From contig OZ024741.1 of NCBI GenBank assembly GCA_964016885.1, positions 196,416,001 to 196,480,000 of the forward strand: DNA of 64,000 nucleotides, read 5' to 3'. The translations under genes and the position numbers were made by a program. Positions within the stretch are counted from its first letter, which is position 1. Each line of letters begins with the position of its first letter. Under the pieces are notes generated by a model. It saw only the letters and a program-made list of their open reading frames with translations, had not been told where the DNA came from and did no database searches. The stretch is from Eledone cirrhosa (taxonomy: Eukaryota). Below, piece after piece: positions 50,987 through 64,000 of this stretch.

Positions 50987-51907
50987 CATCATCATCATTT
51001 TACGTCCGCTTTTCCTTGCTTGCAAGAATGGAACGGGTCCTATTCAGCACAGCATCTCTCCACCTGTCACGGTCCTTCGTCATCTCCTCCGTGAGCTTCA
51101 GCGATCTGAGGTCTGCTCTCACCACCTCCGCCCATGTTTTTCGTGGTCTTCCTCTACTGCATCTTCCTTTTGCTGGGATTTCTTGGCACTTCTTTACTCA
51201 GTGGACATCCTCCATGCGCATCACATGTCCATACCATTTCAGTCTTCTCTCCCGCACACTACAACTTATCCCTCTTATACACAGTTTCTCTCTCAACTCG
51301 TCTATGCTGGGTCATTCGCACACATTGACATTGCACATCCAACGAAGCATGCTTGCTTCATTTCTCTCCAGCTGTCGTATATCCTCTGTAGTTGCTGCCC
51401 ATGTCTCACTACCATGCAGCATTGCGCATCTCACACAGGCATCATATAACCAGCCTTTCGTACGCAGGAAGAAACCTTTCTTTGTCAACAGAGGAAGCAG
51501 CTCCCTAAACTTCTTCCAACCCGTCTTTATTCGAGATACTATGGCCTCGGAACCCCCCCCCCCCCCCCCCCCTCCCATGCTAATCTGATCACCTAGGTAC
51601 CGGAAGCTATCAACCATTTCTATAGAACCCACTTGCATTTGAAAAATGTGTCTATCACTGCGATTACTACTGTCAAATTTCCCTGTACATCTACTGCATA
51701 CATAGTTTTCCCTACCTGTTAGTATTCCTACTCTCACTTTACTGACAGCACCCCTGTACATAGCTTCCACTGTCCTCACAAGCCATTCCTCAACACCTAG
51801 TTTCCTTAGGGACCACCAGATGCCAGATCTGGGTACTCTATCAAAGGCCTTCTCTAGGTCAACAAAAGCTAAGTATAGTGGCATATTCTTCTCTAAGAAC
51901 CTCTCTT
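50987..51907 (-). mobile_element. RTE LINE fragment, internally deleted
   Basis: FVDLEKAFDRVP joined directly to the post-PHD region; MLHGSETW; (GAT)n tail. Confidence 0.88.
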
Positions 51908-52903
51908 GTTGCAATTCTCATTTGTTGTGCTCATAGTTTTTGGCATTAATATATACTGGTTGGATGCCCTTCCTAACACCAGCACCACTTTACAGCATGG
52001 ACTAGGTGCTTTTATTCGTGCCACCAGCACTAGAGAGATTGTCTTACTGGACTCGGGGGCCCTATCCATCCCTCCATTTTACAGCATGAACTGGGTGCTT
52101 TTATTCATGCCACCAGTACTAGGGAACTTGTCTTACTGGACTTAGGGGACTTCTCTACTCCACACCAATTTATTCGGAGTGGTAGTTCTCCTAGATGGGT
52201 TGCCTACGCTATGGCTTACGGAGCCTTCGTCCACCCTGTGTCTGCGCTGAGTGGAACTTGGTTTAACGTGCTATGTGCACGAGTGTTTAGCGTACAGTGC
52301 CAGGCATGCATACCGGAAGGTGATAGATATAGGGAGGGTGGGTGGTATGAAAATGGTGATTTCCTAGCCTCTGTTATCCTAAACACGGCTATTCTATATG
52401 ATCAATTTTCCATTACGAATATATGCATGTACACAACACTCATATATATATTAACAGCTATATAAATACAAACAGACATTAGTAAATATATCTATATATA
52501 TATAAATAAACATCGAAAGAAAGAAATTGACAATTTTTCAACTTATCTTATTCTATGTCTGTCAAGTAATCAGCCTACTGTAAAATTTTAAAAGATTTTG
52601 CATGTTTGTTTTGTGTTGCAAATTTTATATTTATTTATAGATGCTTTTATTTACATACACCACTTTACAAAGTCATAATAAAATGCTACCAGTACAATCT
52701 GTAAAGTGGTTGGCATTAGAAAAGGCATCCAACTATGGAAACCAAGCCCAAAACAGCATATATGCAAGATGTGGTCTCATGACTAATCTAGCCTGGAAAA
52801 TAGGCATGCATTAAACAGTGATGAGTATGATGATGTTACCCGAATTTAATTTTGAGTTGTTCCAACTTTTGAGAAAATCAAGTAATTATTATTTTATTGA
52901 TAG

Positions 52904-53033
52904 GTACGAAACCAATTGAAAGAGTACCCTGTGTTGTTGGTGCCAAGTCACAGAAGTTATGTAGATTTCTTACTGTTATCCTTCATTTTCTTCCACTATG
53001 ATTTACCACTACCTGCTATAGCTGCAGCTATGG
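52904..53033 (+). CDS. GNPAT: GNPAT exon with catalytic HxxxxD motif
   Basis: gatag/gtgagt; VRNQLKEYPVLLVPSHRSYVDFLLLSFIFFHYDLPLPAIAAAM contains acyltransferase motif I (HRSYVD). Not in the ORF track. Confidence 0.96.
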
Positions 53034-53554
53034 GTGAGTCAAATTTTTCTTCTTAACACATCTTTTAGTTCAGTTATGTGTAACCTTTTCAAGCAGTGAG
53101 TCATACTAATAAAATAATTCAAGGTAATATTTCATTGAAAGTACCTCAGCCATTTTGGGGAAAAAATACTTTTTTCTATAATTAAAAAAAATTGAAGTCT
53201 TGATATATTATGACAATGGTGGCAGATAGAATCTGAGACACATTGAAAATTACACAGATGGCTAATGATGGCGAATACTTTTATTTTTCTGACTGGTGTG
53301 CCTCCAATGCAACACGCATTAATTAGTAAGGGAGGTTAGTCGGGAATTTAATTGTTATCCTTTCACACCAGCTTCTCCAAACCTTTGAGTGAGAGAGGGT
53401 GGGAGTGAACAAGTGAGAACAAAACAAAACAAAATTTTAATTAATGTTATTTGCCTCATAAAATTAGGTGTGCCATTCAGAAAGACAATTGGGCCACAGG
53501 TTTCCCATGACTGTTTTAGTTGGTTGAGAGTGAAACTGTATAAGAGGAATAAAA

Positions 53555-53761
53555 TGTAGCGTGCAGGAGAGAAGACTGCGTTGCTATGGCCATGTGATGC
53601 GTATGGAAGATGACCGATGGGTGAAGAAGTGCCAAGTAATCCCAGTAGAAGGAAGACCACGGAAAACATGGGCAGAGGTGGTGAGAGCTGACCTCAGATC
53701 ACTGAAGAGGACCCATCCCAACCTTGCAAGCAAGGAAAAGTGGACGTAAAATGATGATGAA
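53555..53761 (+). mobile_element. RTE LINE 3' end
   Basis: QERRLRCYGHVMRM..GRPRKTW plus ggacgtaaaatgatgatga tail. Confidence 0.85.
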
Positions 53762-54338
53762 TGTTTAGTCTATTTTCATGTCTTCTCAAGTTAGTACTTG
53801 TACTTTTGTTGGCAATCGTCTTGGGATGGGTTGAGCCAACTACCGAATCCATAGCATTGTGATTACAGACATCCAATGTAGAGATGACCAAATACTTGTG
53901 ATTCCACCAGTGGTCACCATATATACAGGACCAAGTGTTAACTGTCCACTTCATCATTTATACCATACCTGAAGGGGTCCTGCACCACTGCATCATAAAT
54001 GAGTTCAATTCGTTGGTGACAGAGTCTGTGATTAAGCCAATAGATATGCCTTGGATTAAGAGTTAAGTTAATAATCATGATTCCTCAAATTAGGGTAAAT
54101 TATTAAAGTACTTTAAAAAGATGAACAAAAATCACAACTAAAAAAGTTATAACTGATATACCAATAAAAAAAAGTCTTGGTAAAAACAACCTTTCTATTG
54201 ATCAGTGCATTATTAAATATTTGTTTAACTGACCATCAGAAGTGTTTGTTTGTGTGTGTGTGTGGGGGTTTAGTAGTAATATATTTAACCTTCAACATAC
54301 ACTGTTTTTTTGATACATTCATTTGTTGTTTTTTTCAG

Positions 54339-54542
54339 ATTTTATGAGTATGAATTTCTTTGGCTGGTTGTTGAGAAATTCTGGAGCTTTTTATATTCAA
54401 CGTAGCTTTGGAGATAACCAACTTTATTGGGCTGTATTTACAGAATATGTTCAGACCCAGATTTCAAATAGTGATAGACCACTTGAGTTTTTTCCAGAGG
54501 GAACAAGAAGTAGAACAGCTAAATCTTTGTGTCCTAAATATG
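54339..54542 (+). CDS. GNPAT: GNPAT exon, acyltransferase motifs II-III
   Basis: tttcag/gtaatt; [25 protein letters not shown]...[20 protein letters not shown]. Confidence 0.97.
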
Positions 54543-55267
54543 GTAATTCTTTCCTTTTATTTCTATTTTTTTTTCAATGTTAAAGAAAATCATTGTTTAT
54601 TCTTCCTCTATTAATTATTCTTGTATTCTCTTACTTATTTCAGTCATTAAAATGCAATCATGCTAAAACACTGCCTTTAAAGGATTTAGTCGATCATATC
54701 AACTCCAGTATTTTTTTTTTTTTAAATCTGGTGCTTATTTTATCAATTTCTTTTTGTTGAACTGCTAGGTCATGGGACATAAACACTGATACTAATGTGC
54801 ACACATACACGTTCATATATCAGGTTAAGCTTGCTTGGACCTCATGACCCTGATCCTCTATGGCATTTGACAGTGTTGTTTGTTAACTGACCAATGCAAT
54901 TACCATGGTGAGGTGTCCAAGGTAGGGTCACACTAACCAGCTCCTTTTTACTTTTCCAGCAGTGTCAAGCAAAGAGAACTCTTCTTTCTCTAATGGTGTC
55001 CTATTATATAGCTTATTGTATAATCTTTATACACTTTTCAAGAGTGTCTTGCTAATGTCATTTCATGTGGCGCAGGACATTAAGCATTAATGAGGTGATT
55101 GTACTCTCCAAGTTGTATCTGATAACTTCTATTTTACCAGCATTACCAGAGAGGTTAATGCCTCCTATGGCACCAAACTGTGAAGTAGGGTTGTGGCTCC
55201 TTCAATCATATCTGACATCATGCTTAAATTTGGAACTTCTTGATATTGTGAGAGTAAAAAAAATAAT

Positions 55268-56903
55268 AAATAAACGCAACCATGCCTCTCCTGGTCTTGA
55301 TGGTGTTACGTACCTGCTTCTTAAACGTGATGGGTACTTCCTTCTGCACCCATTATCACACTTCTTCCAATTCTGTCTGAACAACGGTGCTACTCCAGAA
55401 CAGTGGAAAACTGCCAGTGTCATTCCTCTGTTCAAAAAGGGTGACCGCACATCACCTGTGAACTATCGTCCAGTCAGTCTTACTAGTTGCATTGCCAAAC
55501 TGATGGAATCCTGTGTCAGAAACAATTTGGAATTTCTGGAACTCTCACAGTCTTATCCGGCCCTCACAATTTGGATTTATCCCCAACTCCAGCTGCTGTG
55601 ATCAACTTATCGAGTTTCTTGAAGACATCACCCGGATCACTGGTGGCGGCTCATGGGTGGATGTTGTTTACCTTGACTTTGTGAAAGCTTTCAATTCTGT
55701 GCCACACAAAAGGCTTATGACAAAACTCTCTGCAATGGGTGTGAAGGATGATCTTTTTAACTGGTTGAAGTCCTTCATTCTCAGCCGAAGAGAGGTAGTC
55801 ACGGTTCTGGGACAGCATTCCTCACCATATGAGATGTCATCTGATGTACCACAGAGATCTGTTCTTGGTCCCCTTTTGTTTGTGGCATATATTAATGACA
55901 TAGATGCCAACTTAAAGAATGCCACAGTACTAAAGTACGCAGATGACATCAAGCTGTACCTTGAGATAAAAAGGACAGATCCTGAACACTATAGATCTTG
56001 CTTGCAGTCTGACCTGGACACAATGCAACAATGGATCTCAGACTGGCAACTCAAGCTAGCTGTGGACAAGTGCACCACCATGCATTTTGAGAGTAAAAAC
56101 CCAGCGTCCACATACTCCCTCCACAGCGCTAATATCAAGAAGTCTTCTTGTGAACGTGACCTGGGCATTACGGTCAGCAGCGATTTGCGTTGGACGAAGC
56201 ACGTCTCTAAAATTGTCAAGAGGGCTGAGGGTGTCTTAGCATCACTCAGATAGACCTTTGTCAGCCGCTCTCCAGCTATCTATTTAAGGCTGTACATGGC
56301 TATGGTGCGGCCACACTTAGAATTTGCATCACCAGTCTGGAACCCCTATCTTGCTCAGAACATTGACCGCCTGGAAACTGTTCAGAGACGTGCAACCAAG
56401 CGAATACCCTCCATCAGGCATCTACCATACTCTGAGCACCTTGCTTCCCTGGGCATGGATACATTGAAGTTCCGACGCCTGGCAACTGACTTGGTAAACG
56501 CCCACAAAATTGTTAACCATCTTGCCAACAACAACCCCGAGTACCTTTTTGACTTCCATGTGTCTAACACATGTGGGCATGCCAACAAAGTCAGAAAACA
56601 GTACAGTTCCCATGACTTTCGGAAACATTTTTTCATGCTCAGAGTTGCTGAAGCATGGAACAAACTACCTGCATCAGTTGTTAGCTGTCGAGACACTGCA
56701 TCCTTTAAGGCCTCCATGCTTCCCGAGATTCGCCAACACTACACCTAATGTTCCCTCTCCATACACATACACACATGTATATCATGACTCATACACTATT
56801 CACTTCCCTGACATTTGTATATTATTCTATGTGCTATACATGCACCTTTGACGAGTTGTAGTGCACCTGAGCACTTTACTCAATAATTTCATTATTATTA
56901 TTT
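55268..56903 (+). mobile_element. CR1-group LINE, 5'-truncated copy 1
   Basis: SPGLDG, NYRPVSLTS, YLDF.KAF, SVLGPLLF, YADD, ERDLGI, VRPHLEFASPVWNPY; (ATT)n tail; 2-bp frameshift at about 55520 and stop at 56251. Confidence 0.93.
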
Positions 56904-57189
56904 AAAACAAAGTTCTTTGATGTAATCTACATACTTAAGCAGCACGTGTGAATTTTTTAAAATATATTCACCACAATGAGAATTTCAAAACAGCACCATC
57001 TAAACATAATGTGTTGATTTGGCTTATAAACGGGGTTTGGATTTTTGCCCATTTCTCAAACATAAAATTTGGGGGTACCGTAATTTCTCTGATAATGAAC
57101 TCTTTATTGTTATTGTTGTTGTTGTTGTCACTGCCACAACCCTTTTCACAATATGACATTATAGTGTTAGATTAAATACCTCAGTATTT

Positions 57190-57510
57190 GTCCTAGCTCA
57201 CTGCGCTCTGAGTTCAAATCTCTCTGAGGTTAACTTTGCCTTTCATCTTTCCAATATCAATAAAATAAAGTATCACTCAAGTACTGGGGTTAATATAATC
57301 AACTTTCCCATCTCCCCCAAATTACTGGCCTTGTACCAAAATTAGAAATCATTATGTTCTGAGTTCAAATCCTGCCAAGATTAGCTTTGCCTTTCATCCT
57401 TATGAGGTCAATAAAATAAAGCACCAGTAACGCACTGGGGTCGATTTAATCGACTTTCCCCTCCCATCTCAAATTGCTGGACTTATGCCTAAAATAGAAA
57501 CAATTATTAC
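57190..57510 (+). mobile_element. Two tandem SINE-like copies
   Basis: ctgagttcaaat...ctttgcctttcatc...aataaaataaag...actgggg repeated twice. Confidence 0.7.
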
Positions 57511-57714
57511 TCCTTCTCATGACACACTAATATGTCTCAATTTTCCACTTAGTGGCATATTCTACAGTTTTAAGAGAAAAGGCTGCACTATTTATTATCA
57601 CTGGCAATACAACAGCCACTAAATACAATATCTATTTTTGTTCATTGCTCTAAAATGCAATTTTCTTTAGATTATTTCCTCATTCTAATATAATAATTTT
57701 TGGAATTGTTTTAG

Positions 57715-57866
57715 GTTTGTTATCTGCTGCGTTGGAAGTTTATTTCAAAGCTAAAGTATCCGATATCAAAATAATACCAATTAGTATTAGTTACAGCCGA
57801 ATCCTTGAAGAAAAGCTGTATGCTTATGAATTACTTGGTGTTCCTAAACCTAAAGAGTCCACTTAT
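57715..57866 (+). CDS. GNPAT: GNPAT exon, motif IV
   Basis: tttag/gtatgt; [50 protein letters not shown]. Confidence 0.96.
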
Positions 57867-58995
57867 GTATGTATAATTTATTTCATGATATACTGTATAC
57901 GGTTTTATAATCCAGAAGCATTAAATATTGCAAATTTCAAGGGAGTATGTCAAGATAAATCTAGATATGTTATAGAAAATTGTGTCTTAAATGATACGTG
58001 TACACTTTCTCTCAGCATGAGGGTGGGGAGCTAAATACATTGCAGTGTACAGGAATATCAAAATTTTGCATAAAAGTTGGATAAACAAATTGATATTATT
58101 GAGTTCAAATGAGAGTGAAAGGAATTAAACAATTATAGGGTAAAACAATTTGGTTGGTAATTCTTGACAGTGAGAAGTTTAGAGGATTGAAGTGTTCAGG
58201 CAATAAATACTGACATTATTTTAACACTTTCATTTCCATGAAATACATTGACGTTTAGAACATAATAAAAAAGTTTGTATATAGAATTATGATGGGTTGG
58301 TATTAGCATTTACATTATTCTATATTTACTATTGTATTTTTGTGGTAAAGGCTTTATGTCACTTAATTATCTCACATAATATCGAATCCACAAGATGTTG
58401 ATGTTATATATTTTGAGAACAATACCTTTACATAAGTATGAGTGGTCAGTTATGGCTGGGTTGAACAGAAAGAGGTGAAAGAATTCTGGCCAGTTTAAAT
58501 GCTTAAAACTTACTGTCAAATGGAATTTTAACTTTTCATTTTCATGAAAACAAGTAAGAAAGTTCTGAAATATTTATCATCATAATTGTCTAATGTCCAC
58601 TTTCCCTGTTAGCAAGGGTTGGACGAGTCTACATAGACCAAGTTAGTACTGAAGCAGGGCTTCTAACCTCCCAGACAGGCTTGCATCTCACATTTTACTG
58701 AGTGAATAAGAGGTCATGTCTTTGAGACAATTGAAGGGTCTTACCAACTCTTTGTTTGGCAAGCTTTCTACAGCTAGATACCCTTCCTATCATGTACTGG
58801 GTCTGTTTATCGTGTAGATCACCAACACTAGGAGGTTGTCATATCCTTGACACGACTGAACTATTGTTTTTGTTGTTAGATATTTGTAATTTCAGTGAAA
58901 ACAATTTTTCTAAGAATTTTTAGCAGTTAATCAATACCTATCATTTAATTTTACTTTGAGGAATTTCATTAATATTTCCACATTATTTTTTACAG

Positions 58996-59126
58996 GGTCT
59001 TTTCCAAGCAAGAGGTGTTTTATTTGAAGATTATGGCAATATTCATGTTCATATAGGTGAACCTATCTCAGTCAGTAGCTTCAGTGAAAATCTAATTAAT
59101 AGAGAAATTCACAACTTAATGCCACG
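58996..59126 (+). CDS. GNPAT: GNPAT exon
   Basis: ttacag/gtgtgt, phase 0-2; GLFQARGVLFEDYGNIHVHIGEPISVSSFSENLINREIHNLMPR. Confidence 0.93.
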
Positions 59127-59753
59127 GTGTGTATAAAGTTATTGTTCTTTAAATATTATTCTTAATTTTAATTTAACTCTTAACATCGTATAATGTTTTA
59201 GCAAAAAATATCTAAAAATGAATCTGTTAATTCAAACGTATAAAGAGTATAGCATCTTTACTGGTGGACAGATCATTGTTAAAATTTACAATAGAGTAAA
59301 ATCTTTAATTTCTAATATGACATAATCATAGTGCTGTTTTGTACTAACTGTTTATCTTTACATTGTAAACATTTGTAATCTTAGAGTAAAGATTTTAATT
59401 TCTAATGTGAGACAGTCATCCTATTTTATACTTTTTAAGAATGTCTTGGTAATTAAAATGTTTATATTTCTATTAGTCCCTTCTATAAGTTTATTTAAGA
59501 AATGTTTAAGTAATCTTCTAAATATCAGCTTACTAATAAATGAGTTAGTTGTGTTATTAAATTCCTCCAAATATTTGATTAATTGAAACATAAGCAATCT
59601 TTTTCTTTAAGTTTATTTTTTTAATGTTCTAGATATGGGTGTTGGTGATTTTCTTTTTAAAGAATGATAGCTACATTGTATTGAACTGTATACTTATATT
59701 TAAGCATGTTTAGTGATATTGATTAACTGATGAATAGTGATGTTGTTATCCAG

Positions 59754-59974
59754 ATACATAAGCAATGTCTCATTGGAAGAACAGAAGCTTATTACGCGAC
59801 TTTCCTACCAGATAATACTCTGCCAACAAAAATACTTTGTTGTCAGCCCATGGTCTATGATTGCTGCTGTGCTCATGCAAAATAAAGAAGGTATATCTTT
59901 CAAGCAACTTGTGAAACAAGTGGAATGGCTGAAACGACAGGCATCTAATTTAGGTGCTTACATTGATTGGCCAG
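59754..59974 (+). CDS. GNPAT: GNPAT exon; gene continues past the window
   Basis: atccag/gtgtga, phase 2-1; YISNVSLEEQKLITRLSYQIILCQQKYFVVSPWSMIAAVLMQN...WLKRQASNLGAYIDWP. Confidence 0.92.
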
Positions 59975-60719
59975 GTGTGAACAATTTTACTATACAATTT
60001 TCTTACTTTTACACTTTTTTCTGATTTCTGTTTCATGAATGCAACAAATTATTAAAATTTAGGTAATTATAAAACTTAAATATGAATGAATCCAATCCTC
60101 ATTGCTGAGGATCAAGGGCCTCAGACACAACCACCACTCTTCTCCCCACACTGAACCATTTGTTTTCTTCATGCTCTCTTCATGATCAATAGGGTTAACT
60201 CCCATAGCCTTCACCACTACACAGGCACTCGTATATATTTGTATAGTCTTATGAATTACAATAATTCCATGGAAGCCATCATATATCTGAGGTAACTTGG
60301 ATTATACACAAGCTGAGAAAGGAAAAACAGAAATTATACGAATTTAATATGAAATAAAAATAATATTTACAATCATTTACACAACTACTTACAGAAAAGC
60401 ATGTATATACTATTTGATCAGCAATCATCATCATCGTTTTAACGTCTGCTTTCTCTGCTAGTAAGGGTTGAATGGGTCTACATAGAACATATTTTCTCTA
60501 GCAGTACTGACTAGGATTACCAAACAAAAAAAGTAATAAATATTTTCTTGACATAGAAATTCCTATTGTTTCTATGCTTTTACAAACATACATTTGCTAG
60601 TTGGGAAATCAGAGAAAAATAAAGACATATATGTGTGTGTGTGTGTCTTATACAAGTGTACAGGATGATAATTGTGAAACATGTGTCAAAGGATTTTAAA
60701 TAGGGTATTGAACATAAAT

Positions 60720-61340
60720 ATCATCTTCATTTTTATGTCTATTTTTCCATACTTGCATGGGTTGGATAAGTCCTTTTCAGCACAGCATCTCTCCACTTGT
60801 CGCGCACCTTTGTCATCTCCTCTGTAAGTCTCAGCAATTTGAGATCAGCTCTCACCACCTCAACCCATATCTTCCCTGGTCTACTTCTATTGTGGCTTCC
60901 TTCCACTGGGATTTCCTGGCTCTTCTTCGCTCAGCAATCATTATCCATTCACATCACATGTCTGTACCAAAGCAGTCTTCTCCCTTGCACACCACTTCAG
61001 ATTCTTCTTAATCCCAGTCTCTCAGTTCATTCAAGCTCTTCCTTTCTCTCACATTTACATTGTACAATCCAACAAAGCATGGCTGCTCCATTTCTCTCCA
61101 GCCTATGCATGTCCTCTGCAGTCACAGCCCATGTTTCACTACAATATAGCATTGCACTCCATACATCCTTATTTTAACAATTGTGCTCTTGGAGCACCCT
61201 CTTTCACTGTTAATTAGGTCACCTAGATAGCAGAAGCTATCAACTATTTCTATAGATCCTTCATGTGATTGGAAAAGGTTTATATCACTGATATTCTTCC
61301 TGTCAATTATCCCTATGCATCTTCTGCATGTGTCTCCTCG
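60720..61340 (-). mobile_element. Decayed RTE LINE 3' fragment
   Basis: Similar to 50987-51700 (cacagcatctctccac, cacctagatagcagaagctatcaac). Confidence 0.8.
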
Positions 61341-61412
61341 TCTTTTTGGTCTTAATTCATTTATTCCATCTTGTCTGTTTCAACACATGATTTCACATCA
61401 AGAATTTTGCAA

Positions 61413-61461
<49 letters not shown>

Positions 61462-61571
61462 GTATTAAGATATATATGTGATACATGTGAAGGCATGAGG
61501 ACTAATGATAAGGGTTTGGGTTCATGATTGTAAGGTTGATTGTAAGGTTCATGATTGTAAGGTTGATTGTA

Positions 61572-63286
61572 CCGTCTCCACCACCTATGACACCGGACTC
61601 TATTACAACCATGGAATTTACACCTGCAATGCTGCGACGCCACCTAAAAAATAAACGCAACCATGCCTCTCCTGGTCTTGATGGTGTTACGTACCTGCTT
61701 CTTAAACGTGGTGGGCACTTCCTTCTGCACCAGTTATCACGCTTCTTCCAATTCTGTCTGAACAACGGTGCTACTCCAGAACAGTGGAAAATTGCCAGTG
61801 TCATTCCTCTGTTCAAAACGAGTGACCGCACATCACCTGTGAACTATCGTCCAGTCAGTCTTACTAGTTGCATTGCCAAACTGATGGAATCCTGTGTCAG
61901 AGAAACACTTTGGAATTTCTGGAACTCTCACAGTCTTATCCGGCCCTCGCAATTTGGATTAATCCCCAACTCCAGCTGCTGTGATCAACTTATCGAGTTT
62001 CTTGAAGACATCACCCGGATCACTGATGGCGGCTCATGGGTGGATGTTGTTTACCTTGACTTTGCAAAAGCTTTCAATTCTGTGCCACACAAAAGGCTTA
62101 TGACAAAACTCTCTGCAATGGGTGTAAAGGATGATCTTTTTAACTGGCTGAAGTCCTTTATTCTCAGTCGAAGAGAGGTAGTCACGGTTCTGGGACAGCA
62201 TTCCTCACCATATGAGATGTCATCTGGTGTACCACAGGGATCTGTTCTTGGCCCCCTTTCGTTTGTGGCATATATTAATGACATAGATGCCAACTTAAAG
62301 AATGCCACAGTACTAAAGTATGCAGATGACATCAAGCTGTACCTTGAGATAAAAAGAACAGATCCTGAACACTATAGATCTTGCTTGCAGTCTGACCTGG
62401 ACACAATGCAACAATGGATCTCTGACTGGCAACTCAAGCTAGCTGTGGACAAGTGCACCACCATGCATTTTGGGAGTAAAAACCCAGCGTCCATATACTC
62501 CCTCCACAGCGCTAATATCAAGAAATCTTCTTATGAACGTGACCTGGGCATTATGGTCAGCAGCGATTTGCGTTGGACGAAGCATGTCTCTAAAATTGTC
62601 AAGATGGCCGAGGGTGTCTTAGCATCACTCAGGAGGCCTTTGTTAGCCGCTCTCCAGCTATCTATTTAAGGCTGTACATGACTATGGTGCGCCACACTTA
62701 GAATTTGCATCACCAGTCTGGAACCCCTATCTTGCTCAGAACATTGATCGCCTGGAAACTGTTCAGAGACGTGCAACCAAGCGAATACCCTCCATCAGGC
62801 ATCTACCATACTCTGAACGCCTTGCTTCCCTGGGCATGGATACATTGAAGTTCCGACGCCTGGCAACTGACTTGGTAAATGCCCACAAAATTGTTAACCA
62901 TCTTGCCAACAACAACCCTGAGTACCTTTTTGATTTCCATGTGTCTAACACACGTGGGCATGCCCACAAAGTCAGAAAACAGCACAGTTCCCATGACTTT
63001 CGGAAACATTTTTTCATGCTCAGAGTTGCTGAAGCATGGAACAAACTACCTGCATCAGTTGTTAGCTGTCAAGACACTGCATCCTTTAAAACCTCCATGC
63101 TTCCTGAGATTCGCCAACACTACACCTAATGTTCCCCCTACATACACACGCACACATGTATATCATGACTCATACACTATTCACTTCCCTGACATTTGTA
63201 TATTATTCTATGTACTATACATGCACCTTTGACGAGTTGTAGTGCACCTGAGCACTTTACACAATAATTTCATTATTTTTATTATT
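61572..63286 (+). mobile_element. CR1-group LINE, 5'-truncated copy 2
   Basis: Nearly identical to copy 1, with intact VPQGSVLGP and YADD; frameshifts in the C-terminal part; ATT-rich tail. Confidence 0.93.
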
Positions 63287-63479
63287 TCATATTGCTCCAT
63301 TTCACTCAGTAGAAAATAAACACCAATGGCATGTCTAATACGCTTCATTCAGTCTTTGGAAGCTTGGGAAAAATTGGATGCAAAATGTTAACTCTACTGT
63401 ACACAGAAAACAGTAACAAGCATTTAAAAACCATTTTCCCTACTAAGGCAGGCTTAGCCATGTGAACCACTTGACAAGC

Positions 63480-63930
63480 TTCTCCATCTGCATCACACCC
63501 CACCAAACCTTTGGCTTTCATTTCCTCCTCCATCATCTTTAGCTATGTCTTTCTTGGCCTTCCTCTTCCACTACTTCTACATTCATTTCCATCACTCCTC
63601 TCACCTACTTACTTTCATTATTCTTCAACATATGACCCAACCATCTCATTCCATTTCTCTTCACATTCATCACTGGCTCTATTTTCATCATCCTCTGCAA
63701 TTGTTTGTCTTCCTCTCTCATTGATACTCTACTTATCTACTGAATCATTCTTGTTTCTATTCTTTCCAGCCTACTCTGCTGTTCCATATTCATCACTCGT
63801 GTCTCACTTTCATAAATTATAGCATTTCTCACACATGCAGCATACACCTTTCTCTTCAGTTTCAGCAACACTCTCTTCATTAGCACACCAGTTAGTAATT
63901 GGAACACATCTTCCATGCACATCTCACTCT
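63480..63930 (-). mobile_element. Decayed RTE fragment
   Basis: KRKVYAACVRNAIIYESET..RLERIETRM. Confidence 0.7.
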
Positions 63931-64000
63931 AGATACAGTCACAGCAACTGATCTGCTCTCTCCATTCAACATGTTTTCAAGGTAAAAAACTGTTTTCACA

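Noticed and set aside
51553-51576. Poly-Gly/poly-Pro tract
   Set aside because: Homopolymer C expansion inside a dead RTE, possibly inflated by sequencing
55065-55601. 178-aa ORF as a novel N-terminal extension of an RT
   Set aside because: Chance read-through from unrelated flanking sequence into the 5'-truncated CR1, which begins at about 55268
5683-59974. Functional GXYLT-GNPAT gene cluster
   Set aside because: Notch O-glucose xylosylation and ether-lipid synthesis are unrelated pathways; adjacency alone is not evidence of a system
61524-61571. MIVRLIVRFMIVRLIV leader on the 381-aa RT ORF
   Set aside because: Produced by the 27-bp junction duplication of SINE sequence, not a protein signal

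Overview
AT-rich, intron-rich animal genomic DNA. The repeat landscape ((AT)n/(CAT)n tracts, RTE LINEs with a partner tRNA-SINE, Penelope relics) suggests a mollusc, most likely Octopus; this is inference. Two + strand host genes can be spliced by hand with consistent phases. The first is the 3' six coding exons of a glucoside xylosyltransferase (GXYLT1/2, shams-like, GT8; 5683-25260). The second is seven internal exons of peroxisomal dihydroxyacetone-phosphate acyltransferase (GNPAT; 45196-59974), which continues beyond the window. The rest is mobile DNA: several RTE LINEs whose RT carries an inserted PHD-type zinc finger, a Penelope-like element with an inverted pLTR, two mariner relics, a piggyBac-type MITE, two young CR1-group LINE copies, a Ty3/gypsy element with short non-TG..CA LTRs and no RNase H nested in a decayed HERO/R2-group LINE, a 115-bp palindrome, hammerhead-ribozyme relics, and a 25 x 76-bp satellite with higher-order structure. 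I found no convincing new multi-gene system; the most novel-looking signals are in the mobile elements.
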